Source of the DNA: Planctomycetota bacterium
GTDB lineage: Bacteria; Planctomycetota; JACOTG01
Reading direction: 5' to 3'
Length of the DNA: 64,000 nt
Assembly (NCBI GenBank): GCA_016178505.1
Contig: JACOTG010000253.1
Span: 2,243-66,242 of the forward strand
This document shows positions 18,946 to 27,865 of this stretch, piece after piece. Positions within the stretch are counted from its first letter, which is position 1; every line of letters starts with the position of its first letter. The notes below the pieces were generated by a model. That model made no database searches, was not told the origin of the DNA, and was given only the letters and a program-made list of their open reading frames with translations. The position numbers and the translations under genes are program-made.

Positions 18946-20418
18946 TCAGTAGACTCGGAATTCGTAGAAGTCGGTGTCGAGGACGGCGCCGGTTCCCGGA
19001 TCCGTGACGGTCACGAACACTCGGACCGGCACGCGAAGGAAGCGCGGACGCAGGTTGCCCGGCACGTGGGATTGAAGAGGGCCAACCGTCGTCGTCCCCG
19101 GGCCCGCCGGAAGGGATCGCGAGGTCTGCGGCACGAGCGTCCGAACGATCGAATTGTTGAACGCCTTGCCGACGACGGTGTAGTTCACCGTCCGAGCCGA
19201 ACCCGTGTTGTTCCGGAGGTTGATCGAGTAGTGGATGAAACCACCGACCGTCGTGCCGACGTCGGCTGGGACGATGTCGCACGTGACGTTCGACGTCTGG
19301 AGCGCGAAGTCCTGCGTGCGATCCCCGGTGATCGAGAGGTTCTCGAGGAAGACGTGCTTGAAGCCCGAGGGGCTCAGCACATCGACATAGAGGTCGTCCG
19401 ATCCGCTGGGAACGATCGTCGAATAGACGCCGGTCGCGTCGGTGACGTCGCCTTGGATCGGCACTCCCGCGTCGTTCGAAGAGTAAGCGTCGAGGTTGAT
19501 CCGCGACACCGGCGATCCCGCCGCCGTCACCGTGCCGGTGACGTTGAATCCCGCGACGACGTTGATCGTGCCGATGTTGGCATCCGAGACCACGTCTACT
19601 TTGAGGACGCGCGCGGGTACGAGCCGCGACCCAACCGTGGGCTGAGTGTCGATGTCGAACGAGCCCTGCGGAAGAATGATGCTGAAGTTGCCGAGCCCGT
19701 CCGTGTTGTCTCCGACGAGGCGAATCGACGCGCCCGTGAACGTGTCCCGGGCGTCCATGTCTGCGCCCACGACGCTCGCGTTGCCCGGTCCTGCCACCCG
19801 ACCGGTGATCTGGAACCCGTTGTCGAGGTTGACGATGCCGAACGACGTGTCGCCCGAAATCGTGATGCCCGGCAGCACTCGTCCGACGAGAAACGTGGAC
19901 TGCGGCGGGTCGATCGCAATGTCGTACGTTCCCGGCGGGACGATCACGTCCACGAAGCCCGAGAGATCCGAGTTGTCGCCGGGCGTGTACCGCTTCACGC
20001 CGTCAGACGTGCGAATCGCGTCGATGTCGACGGCGTCGACGGGAAACCCGCCCGAGTCGTGAATGGTTCCCGACAGAACGAATCCGTGTTGGACGATCAG
20101 CGTGCCCATGTTGAGGTCGCCGGGGACCACGACGGCCTTGATCTCGAGTCCCGCGAGGCGATCCGCGAATTGCGGGATGACGTGCACGTCGATCGTGCCG
20201 GTCGGCACCGTGAACGCGAAGTTCCCGCTCACGTCCGTGTGGTCCAGCGTCGTCGCGATCTGCGTTCCGGTGGCACTGTCGAACACGTTGACGTTTGCGT
20301 CGAAGACTGGATTGACTCCGTCCGTCACATGGCCGGACAGTATCGCCGCCTGTGCCGTCGTGAAGAACGACGCGGCGCCGAGGAGGGTCATTCCAAAGGT
20401 GAATAACGAAGGCTTCAT
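18946..20418 (-). CDS. Secreted protein with four carboxypeptidase-regulatory-like repeats and a C-terminal beta domain
   Basis: Signal peptide ending AQA-A; repeats LSGxVTD...DxTDxxGxFxxxVPxGTxDI. Confidence 0.85.
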   Translation of the reverse strand: MKPSLFTFGMTLLGAASFFTTAQAAILSGHVTDGVNPVFDANVNVFDSATGTQIATTLDHTDVSGNFAFTVPTGTIDVHVIPQFADRLAGLEIKAVVVPGDLNMGTLIVQHGFVLSGTIHDSGGFPVDAVDIDAIRTSDGVKRYTPGDNSDLSGFVDVIVPPGTYDIAIDPPQSTFLVGRVLPGITISGDTSFGIVNLDNGFQITGRVAGPGNASVVGADMDARDTFTGASIRLVGDNTDGLGNFSIILPQGSFDIDTQPTVGSRLVPARVLKVDVVSDANIGTINVVAGFNVTGTVTAAGSPVSRINLDAYSSNDAGVPIQGDVTDATGVYSTIVPSGSDDLYVDVLSPSGFKHVFLENLSITGDRTQDFALQTSNVTCDIVPADVGTTVGGFIHYSINLRNNTGSARTVNYTVVGKAFNNSIVRTLVPQTSRSLPAGPGTTTVGPLQSHVPGNLRPRFLRVPVRVFVTVTDPGTGAVLDTDFYEFRVY

Positions 20419-20498
20419 GTTGAATCTCCTTGCTCTCTTCTTCGCTCTCTTACCGGCCCAAGCGTCGCGCCGGTTCCCACTGACGTGATTTTGCTATC

Positions 20499-22301
20499 TC
20501 AAATCGGATGACTGTGTGCACCGGAGTCGTCGAGGACCATCTCCTGTTCCTCGGGTTCGGGCTGATCGTAGAGGCGAGTGTAAACACCCGCGCGGGCGAT
20601 CAACTCCTCGTGCGTGCCGGATTCCACGAGCCTTCCGTGATCGAGCACGAGGATGAGGTCCGCATCTCGCGCCGTGCGAGCGCGGTGAGTCGCCACGAGA
20701 ATCGTGTGAGTTGGCCGGAGACGTGCGAGCGCATCGTGGATCGCGGCTTCGCTCTCCGGGTCCACTTCGGACATCGGCTCGTCGAGCAGCAGGATCGGCG
20801 GAACCTTGATGAGCGCTCGAGCGAGCGCGATTCGCTGGCGATGACCGCCGGCGAGCATGCGCCCGCGTTCGCCGACTCTTGCGAGGAGGCCGTTGGGGTC
20901 CTCCTTGACGAAGTCGAGGCAATCGGCGGCATCGAGAGCCACTTCCATCTGCTCGTCTTTCGCGTCTCGCTTCCCCGTCCAGAGGTTCTTTCGAATGGAG
21001 CCTGAGAAGAGGAACGCATCTTGGGGCACGTAGCCGATTCTCTTTCGAAGCGATCGCAGCGTGACCTGGGAGACGTCCTGGCCATCGATGAGCAGTTCGC
21101 CCTGCGACGGGCGCTCGAATCCCAGCAACAGGTGGAGGAGAGTCGTCTTCCCTGCGCCGTTCGATCCGACGATCGCGACGAGCTGGCCGCGCTCCGCAGT
21201 GAACGAGACGCTTTCGATCGCGGGCTTGCCCTTTCCATACGCAGCAGTGACGTTTCTGAACTCGATCCGGCCCTCTGACACGACCAACTTCTCGGCGGCC
21301 TCTCGTTCCACCTCTGGACGAACGTGAAGCAACCGCAGGATCCGCTGGATTTGCACGCGCGACGTCTGAACGACCTCGTTCAAGTGCACGAGGCGACGGA
21401 TGGATGGATAGAGCCGATGGAGCAACGTGTAGAAGGCGACGAACTCACCCTTCGTGAGTGCTCCGGCTAGTACCTCGGTCGTTCCCACGGCCAACACGAG
21501 GCCGCCCGACAGGAGCACGACCGTCGAGCCGATGCCGTCGAGCCGGCCACCGAGAAACGCTTGCGCGAGTGAACGCTCGCGCAGTTTCTCGGTGCGCTCG
21601 GCGAACCTCTCGGCGTGGTGTTTCTCGCGGCCGAACGCCTTCACGACGTGCATTCCCGCGATTTGCTCTTGGATCTCGCCCGACAGCTTCGCGCGCTGCG
21701 TTCGGACCTGGCCGCTCAGCTTTCGCAATTGCGGATTGAATCGCCGAAAGGTCCACAAGTAGAGCGGCACGAGCGCGATGGCGACCAGCGCGAGGTGCCA
21801 GTTGATCAGCACGAGCGCGGTCATGCAGACGATCACTCGCGTGCCCTCGGCAAACAGTGCGGCGATGCCGTTCGTGACCCATCGCCGCACCGCGCTGATG
21901 TCGCTGATGAACCGCAGCATCACGGACCCGATCTGGCGCTTCCGGAAGAAATCGAGCGGCAAGATCTGGAGATGGCGGAAGAGCTTCAAGCGAAGGTCGT
22001 AGATCACGCGTTGACCTGCGGTCTCCGCGAATCGCCGCTCCGCGTACACCGCGAAGCCGCGGAGGAACGCGAAGAACGCGAGCGCTGCGATCACCCACGT
22101 GAAGAGGTCCGAGATCTTGAAATCGAGCCACAGCAGATGGACCAGTTTGTGGTGATGGATGATGTTGTCGATGATGACCTTGAACAGCCACGAAACGGCA
22201 ACGTCGGAAAGAGTCACGAACAGCGCGCACGTGGTCGCGAAGACGAGTAGCTTCCGGTAGGGCCGCAGAAGCGGCCACATGAATTGAAACGACTCTTTCA
22301 A
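20499..22301 (-). CDS. ABC exporter, fused TMD and NBD (MsbA/MdlB-like)
   Basis: Walker A GSNGAGKTT, Q-loop VPQD, variant signature LAGGHRQR, Walker B LLLDEP; TTG start. Confidence 0.93.
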   Translation of the reverse strand: MKESFQFMWPLLRPYRKLLVFATTCALFVTLSDVAVSWLFKVIIDNIIHHHKLVHLLWLDFKISDLFTWVIAALAFFAFLRGFAVYAERRFAETAGQRVIYDLRLKLFRHLQILPLDFFRKRQIGSVMLRFISDISAVRRWVTNGIAALFAEGTRVIVCMTALVLINWHLALVAIALVPLYLWTFRRFNPQLRKLSGQVRTQRAKLSGEIQEQIAGMHVVKAFGREKHHAERFAERTEKLRERSLAQAFLGGRLDGIGSTVVLLSGGLVLAVGTTEVLAGALTKGEFVAFYTLLHRLYPSIRRLVHLNEVVQTSRVQIQRILRLLHVRPEVEREAAEKLVVSEGRIEFRNVTAAYGKGKPAIESVSFTAERGQLVAIVGSNGAGKTTLLHLLLGFERPSQGELLIDGQDVSQVTLRSLRKRIGYVPQDAFLFSGSIRKNLWTGKRDAKDEQMEVALDAADCLDFVKEDPNGLLARVGERGRMLAGGHRQRIALARALIKVPPILLLDEPMSEVDPESEAAIHDALARLRPTHTILVATHRARTARDADLILVLDHGRLVESGTHEELIARAGVYTRLYDQPEPEEQEMVLDDSGAHSHPI

Positions 22302-22322
22302 CGTTGACGTCTTTCGTTCCTG

Positions 22323-23393
22323 CTACCGCGTCGGTCGAGCCAGCACCGCGGGCTCGTCCTCCTTGACCCCGATGCCGAGCGCCGTCAGCAGGCCGCCCGT
22401 GCACAACATCTCCGAGTTCAGGCACGGCAGATTCGTCGCCGAAACGACCTCCTGCATGCCGAGTTTGCTGCACGTTACGAGTCCACCGATGGCCGCGACT
22501 CGGAATCCGAGGCTCTTCAGGATTCGCGTTCCACTTTCCGCAGCCAGCGCATCGGCGCCCGTGAACAAGACGTGGTCGACGCTCGTCTTGAATGCGGCGT
22601 CTCGAAGGAGCATTGCGGTCTCTCGCTCGAAGATGCCGTCGGCGATTTCGAACAAGACGTAATCGGGCTCGTGCTCGAGGAGGTGCGAGTAGAGCGTTCG
22701 GTGCACGTCGAGCAACTCGTCGAGCGAAATCATGTAAGTCGACGGGTGGCCGCAGTCCGAGAAGTCGCGAATGTCGAGCGCACCGGCATCATGCATCAAC
22801 CACGTGTCCTTGCTGCAGGCCGTGCCGGTGATCTTGGCTGCGCAAACGCGATAGCCGGCATTCGTCAGGCCGCGCACTGCGTTGGCGACGGTCGTCGTCT
22901 TGCCCGAGTTCATCGACGCTCCAACGACGACGATCGTCTTCGGTTTCTTCGCGGTCGTGATCGGACGGGGCTGAATGCGGTGATCGCGGATGTTCAGCCG
23001 TTTTCCTGCGGCGTCGCACACGTATCCGATCATCTGAACCTTCGTCGGCTCCTCCTGGAGCAGCTCGTTCTTCGACGCGACGTGCCCGCACACGCCACCG
23101 ATGCTGACGACGTCGTAGATCTCCGGATTGGACGCCGGGACGTACGCTTCGTATTGGTCGGTTGCGTACCGATTGCCGAATACGCCGACCAAGACGTCAC
23201 CGATGAATATCGACGTGCGTCGGCTCTCACGGTTCTCGACGGCAGTGTGCTTGCCAATCGAGAGGATCTTGCCGACGACCAGCTCCCCGACCTGAGGCGT
23301 GTCGTTGGAGTTGCGAACCGAGTGCATCTCGCTCTTCGCCACACCGTGAGTGACGAACCCGTACTTCGCGCCCTTTAGCTCGGAAACGGCCAT
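22323..23393 (-). CDS. DUF1611-like P-loop NTPase
   Basis: Motifs GNRYATDQYE, GASMNSGKTT, AAKITGTAC..D, DFSDCGHPSTY and EIADGIFERET; AAGGA RBS. Confidence 0.8.
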   Translation of the reverse strand: MAVSELKGAKYGFVTHGVAKSEMHSVRNSNDTPQVGELVVGKILSIGKHTAVENRESRRTSIFIGDVLVGVFGNRYATDQYEAYVPASNPEIYDVVSIGGVCGHVASKNELLQEEPTKVQMIGYVCDAAGKRLNIRDHRIQPRPITTAKKPKTIVVVGASMNSGKTTTVANAVRGLTNAGYRVCAAKITGTACSKDTWLMHDAGALDIRDFSDCGHPSTYMISLDELLDVHRTLYSHLLEHEPDYVLFEIADGIFERETAMLLRDAAFKTSVDHVLFTGADALAAESGTRILKSLGFRVAAIGGLVTCSKLGMQEVVSATNLPCLNSEMLCTGGLLTALGIGVKEDEPAVLARPTR

Positions 23394-23412
23394 GGCAATG
23401 TCCTTTCTCTTG

Positions 23413-24618
23413 TCAGCGAATCGTGAACTGAGTCACGTCGGAGTCGAGTAGTAGACTCGAGGTTGCGTCGTTGACGACGATCCGGAGATTCAATGGACGA
23501 CCGATGAATCGTTGCGGCGTGCTGCCCGGGATTCTCAGGCCCAGGGGGGTCGTGACGGGACCGAAGTTCGCAACGAGCCTTCCTTGTCTCGGCCCGACCA
23601 CGTTGCCTTGCACTCCGCTCACCGGTTCCTCGACGAAGATTCGCGCGGTGACGCGCTGCACGGACGGCGTGGTGTTTCGAACCCGCACGCTGTAAGCAAA
23701 GGTGGTCCCAACGCGAGCCAATCGACCGGAGCGGGAGATGCCTACCGCGACGGGCGTGGCTTGGAGTGCGATGTTCAACATCCCATCTCCGACGACGTGA
23801 ACCCCGGTCGTTCTCGAGTGCGCGAGACCGAGACCGATCGGAGGCTCCGCATCGACCGAGATCGTTCCTGCCGGCACGAGGATGGAGTAGTTGCCGTTCA
23901 CGTCGGTATTGTCGCCGACGGTCGCGATCAGAGCACCGTTCGTTTCGTCGTAGGCGTTGAGGTCGATCGCGGAAGCGCTGGCCCCGCCGGATCCGGTGAC
24001 TCGCCCCGAGAGGAGGAACCCCTGGGCGCATGGGATCGTTCCCACGTTCGTGTCACCGGCGATGACGACGCCGACGAGCACGCGCGCGACCGCGCGAGTC
24101 GTCTTGGCGGGTAGAACGAGGATGTCCCGAGTGCCGGCCGGCGCGAGGAACGAGAAGTTGCCGTTGACGTCCGTGTGATCCGCGTGAGTCGGCACGCGAT
24201 CGCCGGTGAACGAATCCTCGACGTCTTGATCGACGTCGAAGATCGGATTGCCCAGGTAATCGACGACGTGTCCTGTGACCAAGTACCCGGTCTCGAGCGT
24301 GATGTCACCGAGGTTGGTGTTGCCGGGGACGGCCACGTTGAAGATCTTCTTGTCGGCAAGTCGCAACGCTGGCGGTGGAATGAACGCGATGTTGTAGGTG
24401 CCGTTCGGCACCGCGAAGCTGAAGACACCCTGTGCGTTCGTGTGATCGGCGATCGTCGCGATGGGAAGACCGGTCGCCGAATCGTCGAGGTCGAGGTCCA
24501 CGTTCACCGCGGGCACACCGCCCGGGCCGACAACGCGCCCCGTCAGAGTCGCTGCCTGGGAGATCGCCGAAGCGGAAGCGAACAGGATCGCCGTGCACAG
24601 GAATCTCGATCGGTTCAT
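23413..24618 (-). CDS. Secreted protein with three carboxypeptidase-regulatory-like repeats; paralog of 18946-20418
   Basis: Start MNRSRFLC with a signal peptide; same repeat consensus and a similar C-terminal domain. Confidence 0.85.
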   Translation of the reverse strand: MNRSRFLCTAILFASASAISQAATLTGRVVGPGGVPAVNVDLDLDDSATGLPIATIADHTNAQGVFSFAVPNGTYNIAFIPPPALRLADKKIFNVAVPGNTNLGDITLETGYLVTGHVVDYLGNPIFDVDQDVEDSFTGDRVPTHADHTDVNGNFSFLAPAGTRDILVLPAKTTRAVARVLVGVVIAGDTNVGTIPCAQGFLLSGRVTGSGGASASAIDLNAYDETNGALIATVGDNTDVNGNYSILVPAGTISVDAEPPIGLGLAHSRTTGVHVVGDGMLNIALQATPVAVGISRSGRLARVGTTFAYSVRVRNTTPSVQRVTARIFVEEPVSGVQGNVVGPRQGRLVANFGPVTTPLGLRIPGSTPQRFIGRPLNLRIVVNDATSSLLLDSDVTQFTIR

Positions 24619-24954
24619 CGTGGAAGAGTCCTTTCTGCGCCCCAAGTCTCCGGCGCCGCCCGCCGTACACAAGGGGCGTGCCGTCCTCCATCAATATTGC
24701 AAGCCGCTGAAAGGACTAAGCTTGACCCACATTGGCTACCTCTTGCGTCCCGGCCGAACTTGGGACTTCTTCGAATGCCCCATGTCGATTCCAGTTCGTG
24801 GAAGGACCGATTCGGGACACACTTCCCCGGCTCGCCGCGAGGAACGATCTAGTAGTGGAGTTCAAAGCTAATGGGCGGTCCGACGAGAAGCAAGGGTGCT
24901 GGCGATTCGGCACGGTTCCGGTGTGTCCGAATCGGACGCCGATCGCGCAGGCGG

Positions 24955-25926
24955 TCACGACGACTTGATCCCGAGCCTGTTCAGGCCGTCGATGTACTCG
25001 GCGAGTTTCTCGCGTGTGACGACGTCGACGCCGGTGTCGATGATGCGATCGGTGGGTACTCCGGACAGCGCGGGTTCGCGCCCCTTCGTGCGAATCTCGT
25101 GAAGGAGCTTCACGCCGCGATATCCGAATTCGTACGGGCGCTGCACGACGGTTGCCTCGATGACGCCGTCTCGCAGGAGCTCGAGAGTTTGCGGCTCGGC
25201 GTCGAAGCTCACGATCTTCACTTTGCCGACGAGGCCGAGTCCGCGGACCGTGCGTCCCGCTGCCGGGCCGTCGTACGAGTAAATCGTGAAGAGCGCCGCG
25301 AGGTCGGGATGTGCCTGAAGCGCGGTCTCCACGTTTGCCTGCGCTTTGCCCGCGTCGCCGTCGTCGAGGTACGTTTCGACCAGATCGATCGGAGAGCCGG
25401 CGATCGCCGACTTGAATCCATCGAGCCGTTCGCGTGCGTTTGCGGCGGTGAGCATCCCCACGAACGCCGCGACCTTCCGTCTTCCTCCGCCCGAATCGCC
25501 GAGCACGCGAAGCATCGTCTTTGCGGCTTCCTCGCCGGCCTTGCGGTTCACGGTGCCGATGTAAGCGAGGCGCCCGGACGCGGGCGCGTCCGAGTCCATG
25601 CAGATGACGTCGATGCCGGCCGCGAGCGCTCGTTGGATCACCGGGCGCAGCCCATTGGGATCGATCGGTGAGATGCAGATGCCGGTCACCCCTTGAGCAA
25701 TCAGCGATTCGACCACCGAGATCTGCGCATCCACGTTCTGCTCCTGCGGCCCGACGCAGTCGACGTCGACGCCGCACTCGGCCCCGGCGCGGCTCATTCC
25801 GATCTTCATCGGCTCCCAGAAAGGAGAGTGGTTGTTGACGACCATGCGCACCACTTCTCCCGACTTCTTCCCGCATCCGAAAAGCACGGCGAGTGAGAGT
25901 GTCCCGACGACTCCGATTCGGCTCAT
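24955..25926 (-). CDS. Sugar ABC transporter substrate-binding lipoprotein (RbsB-like)
   Basis: Lipobox LFGC; PFWEPMKIG, ICMDSD, YIGTVN and VVQRPYEFGY motifs; GGAGG RBS. Confidence 0.9.
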   Translation of the reverse strand: MSRIGVVGTLSLAVLFGCGKKSGEVVRMVVNNHSPFWEPMKIGMSRAGAECGVDVDCVGPQEQNVDAQISVVESLIAQGVTGICISPIDPNGLRPVIQRALAAGIDVICMDSDAPASGRLAYIGTVNRKAGEEAAKTMLRVLGDSGGGRRKVAAFVGMLTAANARERLDGFKSAIAGSPIDLVETYLDDGDAGKAQANVETALQAHPDLAALFTIYSYDGPAAGRTVRGLGLVGKVKIVSFDAEPQTLELLRDGVIEATVVQRPYEFGYRGVKLLHEIRTKGREPALSGVPTDRIIDTGVDVVTREKLAEYIDGLNRLGIKSS

Positions 25927-26369
25927 GAGTTCCTCCGGTAATCGCGCGAGTATACCCACGCACGCCGCGAAGAGATCGGAATCAGAGAGATCGGGGGCGC
26001 GGGACGGCTCGAGCCGTTCGAACGATCGCGACGCTCGACCGGGTGATGCAGGATCTCGCGCTTGCTGCACCGCATCGCTCGGCCGGCGCGCGCCTCGAAA
26101 CGAAACGGGCGACCCGCTTTCCCGAACCGGTGTCATCTCGGCTGGTGTCCGACTCCAAGGCCGCGCAACCTCTCGATGCGCCGGATCTCGACGGATTGCT
26201 CGCGCTCAGCGACGAGCCTTGAGGAGTTGTCCTGAGGCAGTTTCGCTCAACTTCCGCGGCTGGGTTCTCGATGAGTCTTGTCGCGACGCGCACCGGCGTG
26301 GGGCAGTGCGCAACGCACCAACAGGACGACTTCCGATCGACGTCCGAAGCGATTCGAGGATCGCCGAAT

Positions 26370-26522
26370 CATGAAGATTCTGATCGTCGAACTCTCGTCG
26401 CGGGCGGCATGCCACCAAAACCGGGGTTGTCGAGCTCTCCTCGCGGGCAGGCACGCCATGAGAACCAGGGTTGTCGAACTCGCTTTGCGGGCAGGCACGC
26501 GATGAAGATCATGGTGGTCGAA
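26370..26522 (+). repeat. Three degenerate 43-44-bp tandem repeats plus a partial fourth that forms the response-regulator start
   Basis: Units at 26370-26412, 26413-26456 and 26457-26500 share GTCGA(A/G)CTC...GCGGGC(A)GGCA(C/T)GC. Confidence 0.85.
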
Positions 26523-27200
26523 GATGATCTGATTTGCCGAAAACTGCTCGTTCGATTCCTGGAAAAGGCCGGCTACACGGTCGTGGAGTTCGAATCGGCG
26601 ACGTCGGCGCTCCAAGCTATCGGCGAGGCGACGTTCGACTTGATCATGACGGACGTGTCCATGCCGGAAATGAGCGGCATCGAGTTCATTCGGCGTTTGC
26701 GCGCAGACGCCCGAACGGCCTTGACTCCGATCATCGTCTGCACGGCGAACGCCGAGAAGGACATCGTGGTCGAGGCTGTCCAGATGGGCATCCGTGACTA
26801 CGTCCTGAAGCCGATCGATCGAGCCACCCTCCTTCCGAAGATCGAAGAGGTGAAGGGCCGCATTCGACCGCCGCTCGCAGATCCGACGAAGGTCGCGTCG
26901 ACGCTCGGAATGGACGGCGCGGAATACAAGGAACTCCTCACGCTTCTCGTGAAGAACGTTTCCGAGCGACTCGCGGAAGCCCGAGCGAAGATCGAATCGG
27001 GCGACGTTCAGGCGCTGATCCAATTTGCGCGAGACGTGAGTTGTTCGGCTTCCAACCTCGGCGCGGACGCGCTCCAGAACACGGCGACCCAAGCGGCAAC
27101 GATGCCCACGGGCGACAGCAAGCCGCAGATCCAGTCGCGATTGGCAAGCATCGAGGGCGAGCTCAACCGCCTCCAACAGGCGATCACCGAGCTGTCCTGA
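26502..27200 (+). CDS. Response regulator receiver domain with a degenerate HPt-like domain
   Basis: MKIMVVEDD, TDVSMPEMSG, CTA and KP motifs; helical C-terminus ARDVSCSASNLGA. Confidence 0.88.
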   Translation: MKIMVVEDDLICRKLLVRFLEKAGYTVVEFESATSALQAIGEATFDLIMTDVSMPEMSGIEFIRRLRADARTALTPIIVCTANAEKDIVVEAVQMGIRDYVLKPIDRATLLPKIEEVKGRIRPPLADPTKVASTLGMDGAEYKELLTLLVKNVSERLAEARAKIESGDVQALIQFARDVSCSASNLGADALQNTATQAATMPTGDSKPQIQSRLASIEGELNRLQQAITELS

Positions 27201-27215
27201 GCCCGGCTTGATCGG

Positions 27216-27818
27216 TCACGTTGCGGGATCGGGCTCGATCCACGCGGTGTCGACGACCGTGCCCAGCTCCGCGCGAAGCAGGGTTCGTGCGCGAAACGCG
27301 CGAACGCGAGCCGTCGCTTCCGTGATCTCCGCCGCGTGGCCGATTTCGGCGTACTCCATTCCATTGACGTAACGCAGGAGGAATGCCTCGCGCAGCGGAA
27401 TCGGCAAGCGGTCGATGGCGACTTCCATTCGCTCGTTGATTTCTCGTCGCAAGATCGTCGACAGAACGCCGAGGCGGCGCCCGTGACGCGCCGGGTTCTC
27501 GTCGAGATGCTCGGGGTCGACGACGCCCGCGTGTCGGGCTCGACTTCGCAGCGTCTTTCGGCAGATGTTGAGAACGATTCCGCAAAGCCACGTCGCGAAC
27601 GCAGACCGTCCCTCGAATCGAGCAATGTCGGCGAACGCCCGCGTGATCGCTTCCTGCGTTACGTCTTCGGCTTCGTCTTCGTTGCCGAGCATGAACGCCG
27701 CCGTGCGCCACAGCCACTCGCGGTAGTGGCCCGTGAGCATGGCGAAGCTCTCGCGGTCCCCCGATCGACAACGAGCGAGCAACGCCTCCTCGTCGGGAAG
27801 CCGTGGGTGCTTCGCCAT
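27216..27818 (-). CDS. ECF RNA polymerase sigma factor
   Basis: C-terminal part of ORF 27216-29189 from ATG 27818; DEAEDVTQE, FEGRSAFATWL and MEYAEIG motifs. Confidence 0.92.
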   Translation of the reverse strand: MAKHPRLPDEEALLARCRSGDRESFAMLTGHYREWLWRTAAFMLGNEDEAEDVTQEAITRAFADIARFEGRSAFATWLCGIVLNICRKTLRSRARHAGVVDPEHLDENPARHGRRLGVLSTILRREINERMEVAIDRLPIPLREAFLLRYVNGMEYAEIGHAAEITEATARVRAFRARTLLRAELGTVVDTAWIEPDPAT

Positions 27819-27865
27819 CGTCGATCCGTTCCCACTCGAGGGTCGAAGGCCCGGTGCCGGACTCG

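Noticed and set aside
17017-24618. Export operon as an integrated mobile island bounded by att sites
   Set aside because: Both repeat copies are on the same side, 52 bp apart. I saw no integrase and no distal copy.
26370-26522. CRISPR array
   Set aside because: The units are contiguous and degenerate, with no unique spacers and no cas genes.
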